Source: Paragordius varius (lineage: Eukaryota > Animalia > Nematomorpha). Taken from it: a stretch of DNA of 64,000 bases. Position numbers and translations under genes: made by a program. Shown piece by piece: positions 61,560-64,000 of this stretch (the first letter of the stretch is position 1; each line of letters opens with the position of its first letter). The DNA lies in assembly GCA_964247055.1 (NCBI GenBank), contig OZ176052.1:6634001-6698000 (forward strand), in the 5' to 3' direction. Under the pieces are notes generated by a model. The model did not search any database. It saw only the letters and a program-made list of their open reading frames with translations, and had not been told where the DNA came from.

Positions 61560-62305
61560 ATAATAAAAAAGACATTTGGTAGAACGAAAACGCAAAAACA
61601 TAAAGTACCTTTTTTAAATTTTTAATCATGAATCACCATCATTTTCTGGGTAGATTTAATCAACTAAAATATAAGATAAAAAGTTTATTAATATATTAGA
61701 AAATAGATACCTAAATTCTAGAAGTATTTTCAACATAATTTTAAATATTGGGGGCTAAAGTTTGAAAGGCAACTAAATAGGGGTGACTTGGCTTTTTAAC
61801 AACTAATTTGCAAAAAAATATTTTCTTCATGATAAAAAATTCAAACTTTATATTTTTGCGTTTTCGTTCTACCAAATGAAAAACTATTCTTCACCAAATG
61901 AAACAATGTTAGTGTTGCCTGCTTAGTTTTTGGAGTGCTGTTGCATTCAAAGCTTTTAAAAAATTATTTGTTTTTATTTTTCTATTTGACGTCATTGGTG
62001 AATTCATATAAGCCTTTTTATATTTTTTTTAAAATTTGGCTGGCAGAACGAAAACCAAAAACATAAAGTATCATTTTTGAATTTTTCATCATGAAGAAAA
62101 TATTTTTTCGCAAATTTAGTTGTTCAAAAGCCAAGTCAACCTTATTTAGTTCCCTTTCAAACTTTGAATGTTTTAGCCCCCAATATTTAAAATTATGTTG
62201 AAAATACTTCTAGAATCCAGGTATCAATTTTTCAATATATTAATAAACTTTTTATCTTATATTTTAGTTGATAGAATCTACCCAGAAAATGATGGTGATT
62301 GAATA
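61560..62305. mobile_element. Fold-back structure: two copies of one unit of about 300 bp in inverted orientation
   Basis: About 61630-61880 is the reverse complement of about 62040-62300 (e.g. CACCATCATTTTCTGGGTAGAT / ATCTACCCAGAAAATGATGGTG; TAGAAGTATTTTCAACATAATTTTAAATATTGGGGGCTAAA and its complement). Confidence 0.8.
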
Positions 62306-62624
62306 TTCAATCTGCATTTAATTATTTTTTGCATCTCATATTCTTCAATCTAATATAAGATCATCATGAACGCACACCGCATCGTATATCAATATTAGAA
62401 ACAAATTACCTGTATTAATATCAATAAGAAGAATGCTAATTTTAAACATAATATTATGAATATTTTGTATAATTATACATTTGTAATTTAAATAAATTTA
62501 TTTATATTTGGCGATATTCAGATACTTTAAAGGATGTTTTATATATCTTGATCTTATTTTCAATCTTTGGTGACATAAGGTGTTTATTAAAATATACATA
62601 GTTGGATTTTGAAAATAAAATGTT

Positions 62625-63420
62625 AAATTTAAAACCGCAACATGCATTTTTACCTGTATGCTCAGATATGTTAACTATATTTAATATATTAGTCATCAAT
62701 GTAAAACAAAAAAAAATAATTTTCCTAAAAATTTAAAAAACCATAAATTATAGTGATTTTAACCTGTATAGATTAATGTATCCAAAATATATAGTAATTA
62801 ATAAATTAGCAAGGTTGAACAAAAAATTAAAAATTTTACTAATATATTAAAAACCGCAATTTTTACCTGTATTTATTAAAATGTCCAAAATATGTAGTAA
62901 TTAATTACAATTAACAATGTCAAATAGAAAAACAAGAAAAAAAAAAATTTTAACTAAATTTATTAAAAACCGCAATTTTGACCTGTAATTATTAAAATGT
63001 CCAAAATATGAATTAATTACAATTAACAATGTTGAATAAAAAAAACAAAAAAAAAATTAAATTTTTACTAAATATATTAAAAACCGCAATTTTTACCTGT
63101 ATTTATTAAAATGTCCAAAATATGTAGTAATTAATTACAATTAACAATGCAAATCCTAAAAAACAAAAAATTTTTTTACTAAATTTATTAAAAAACGCAA
63201 TTTTTACCTGTATTTATTAAGATGTCCAAAATATGTAGTAATTACAATTAACAATGTTAAATAAAAAAACAAAAAAAATAAATTTGACTAAATTTATTAA
63301 AAACCGCAATTTTTACCTGATTAAAATGTCTGAATACTTAAAAATTGACAATGAAAAACATAAAAACAAAACTATCTAAAATCTACTTAAATTTTCACAA
63401 ATATATATTTACCTGTGTTT
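62625..63420. repeat. Tandem repeat (minisatellite) with a unit of about 110-115 bp, about 6-7 copies
   Basis: AAAACCGCAATTTTTACCTGTATTTATTAAAATGTCCAAAATATG recurs at about 62850, 62967, 63081, 63192 and 63301, with degenerate flanking copies. Confidence 0.9.
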
Positions 63421-63880
63421 TTTAATTAGTAATAACAACTATATAAAATAATACCAATTTCGATTAATTGAGGTATTTATCATGTTGAAAAATATTAATT
63501 ATTAAATTTAATTATGAATTAACATAAATAATCTTAAAATACCCATTTTACTAATTATAAAAAGTTTAAAGATAAAAACCCAGAAAATTCCGCATCTAAA
63601 TACGTAACAACAATATTTCAAATGTTAACATAAATTGCTATAATCTCAAAATTTAACATTACAAAATATCCATCAAATTAAGCCTATGTTAATTCTCACG
63701 TCAATCCTCTTTTATATGTGCACCACGAAATGATTTTGTTGATCAGTATTTTACGCATTTGATAAACCATTTATGTTATTTGACTGGCAATAAAATTACT
63801 TAACATACATTAAAATGCATACTCTATATGTTATATTATAACGTTTGGGTTTAATATATTGGTCATGTTTTTATCTTTAG

Positions 63881-63939
63881 GGAGAAAATGGTTAAATTGC
63901 TTTATACGTTTTTCGGAAGGCGCTTAAAAGCCACGATTT
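63881..63939 (+). CDS. Possible first coding exon of a downstream gene (MVKLLYTFFGRRLKATI)
   Basis: Good acceptor TTTTATCTTTAG| and donor |GTGAGT around a short open frame with ATG at 63888. No homology recognised. Confidence 0.25.
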
Positions 63940-64000
63940 GTGAGTATTTGCATTTTTTACGATGGACGCTATTTTTCGTAAATTTAAAATAACTGCATTG

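Noticed and set aside
13806-63000. Remaining 60-90 aa ORFs in the ORF track that do not overlap assigned exons
   Set aside because: Dominated by F/I/L/K/N/Y from AT-rich codons, many start at non-ATG codons, and their lengths are as expected by chance.
1-64000. Non-standard genetic code (stop read-through as in ciliates), suggested by tiny introns and AT richness
   Set aside because: The LARS1, APMAP and GPCR reading frames assemble with no internal TAA/TAG/TGA, and all three end in TAA.

Overview
Very AT-rich animal (metazoan) nuclear DNA with spliceosomal introns and a heavy load of non-autonomous DNA transposons. It uses the standard genetic code; the fully assembled genes have no in-frame stops. 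Four genes are supported. (1) The 5' part of an ERG/KCNH-type K+ channel gene on the minus strand, with a PAS (eag) domain, running off the left edge. (2) An 8-exon APMAP/hemomucin-like strictosidine-synthase-fold gene (32000-42489). (3) An intronless divergent rhodopsin-class 7TM receptor (43503-44636). (4) A complete 26-exon cytosolic leucyl-tRNA synthetase, LARS1 (48168-59886). The rest is Helitron-type elements with internal tandem repeats, hAT and piggyBac-like MITEs (often nested), long fold-back palindromes, a tRNA-derived SINE-like repeat and satellites. The strongest observation is a pair of obligatory 23-nt and 22-nt GT-AG introns in LARS1, in a gene whose other introns are 67 nt to over 1 kb. 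The LARS1 protein also has lineage-specific insertions and substitutions at the editing site and next to KMSKS. All exon structures were assembled by hand from splice signals and frame. Comparisons to human proteins are from memory and need a real alignment. No database searches were run.
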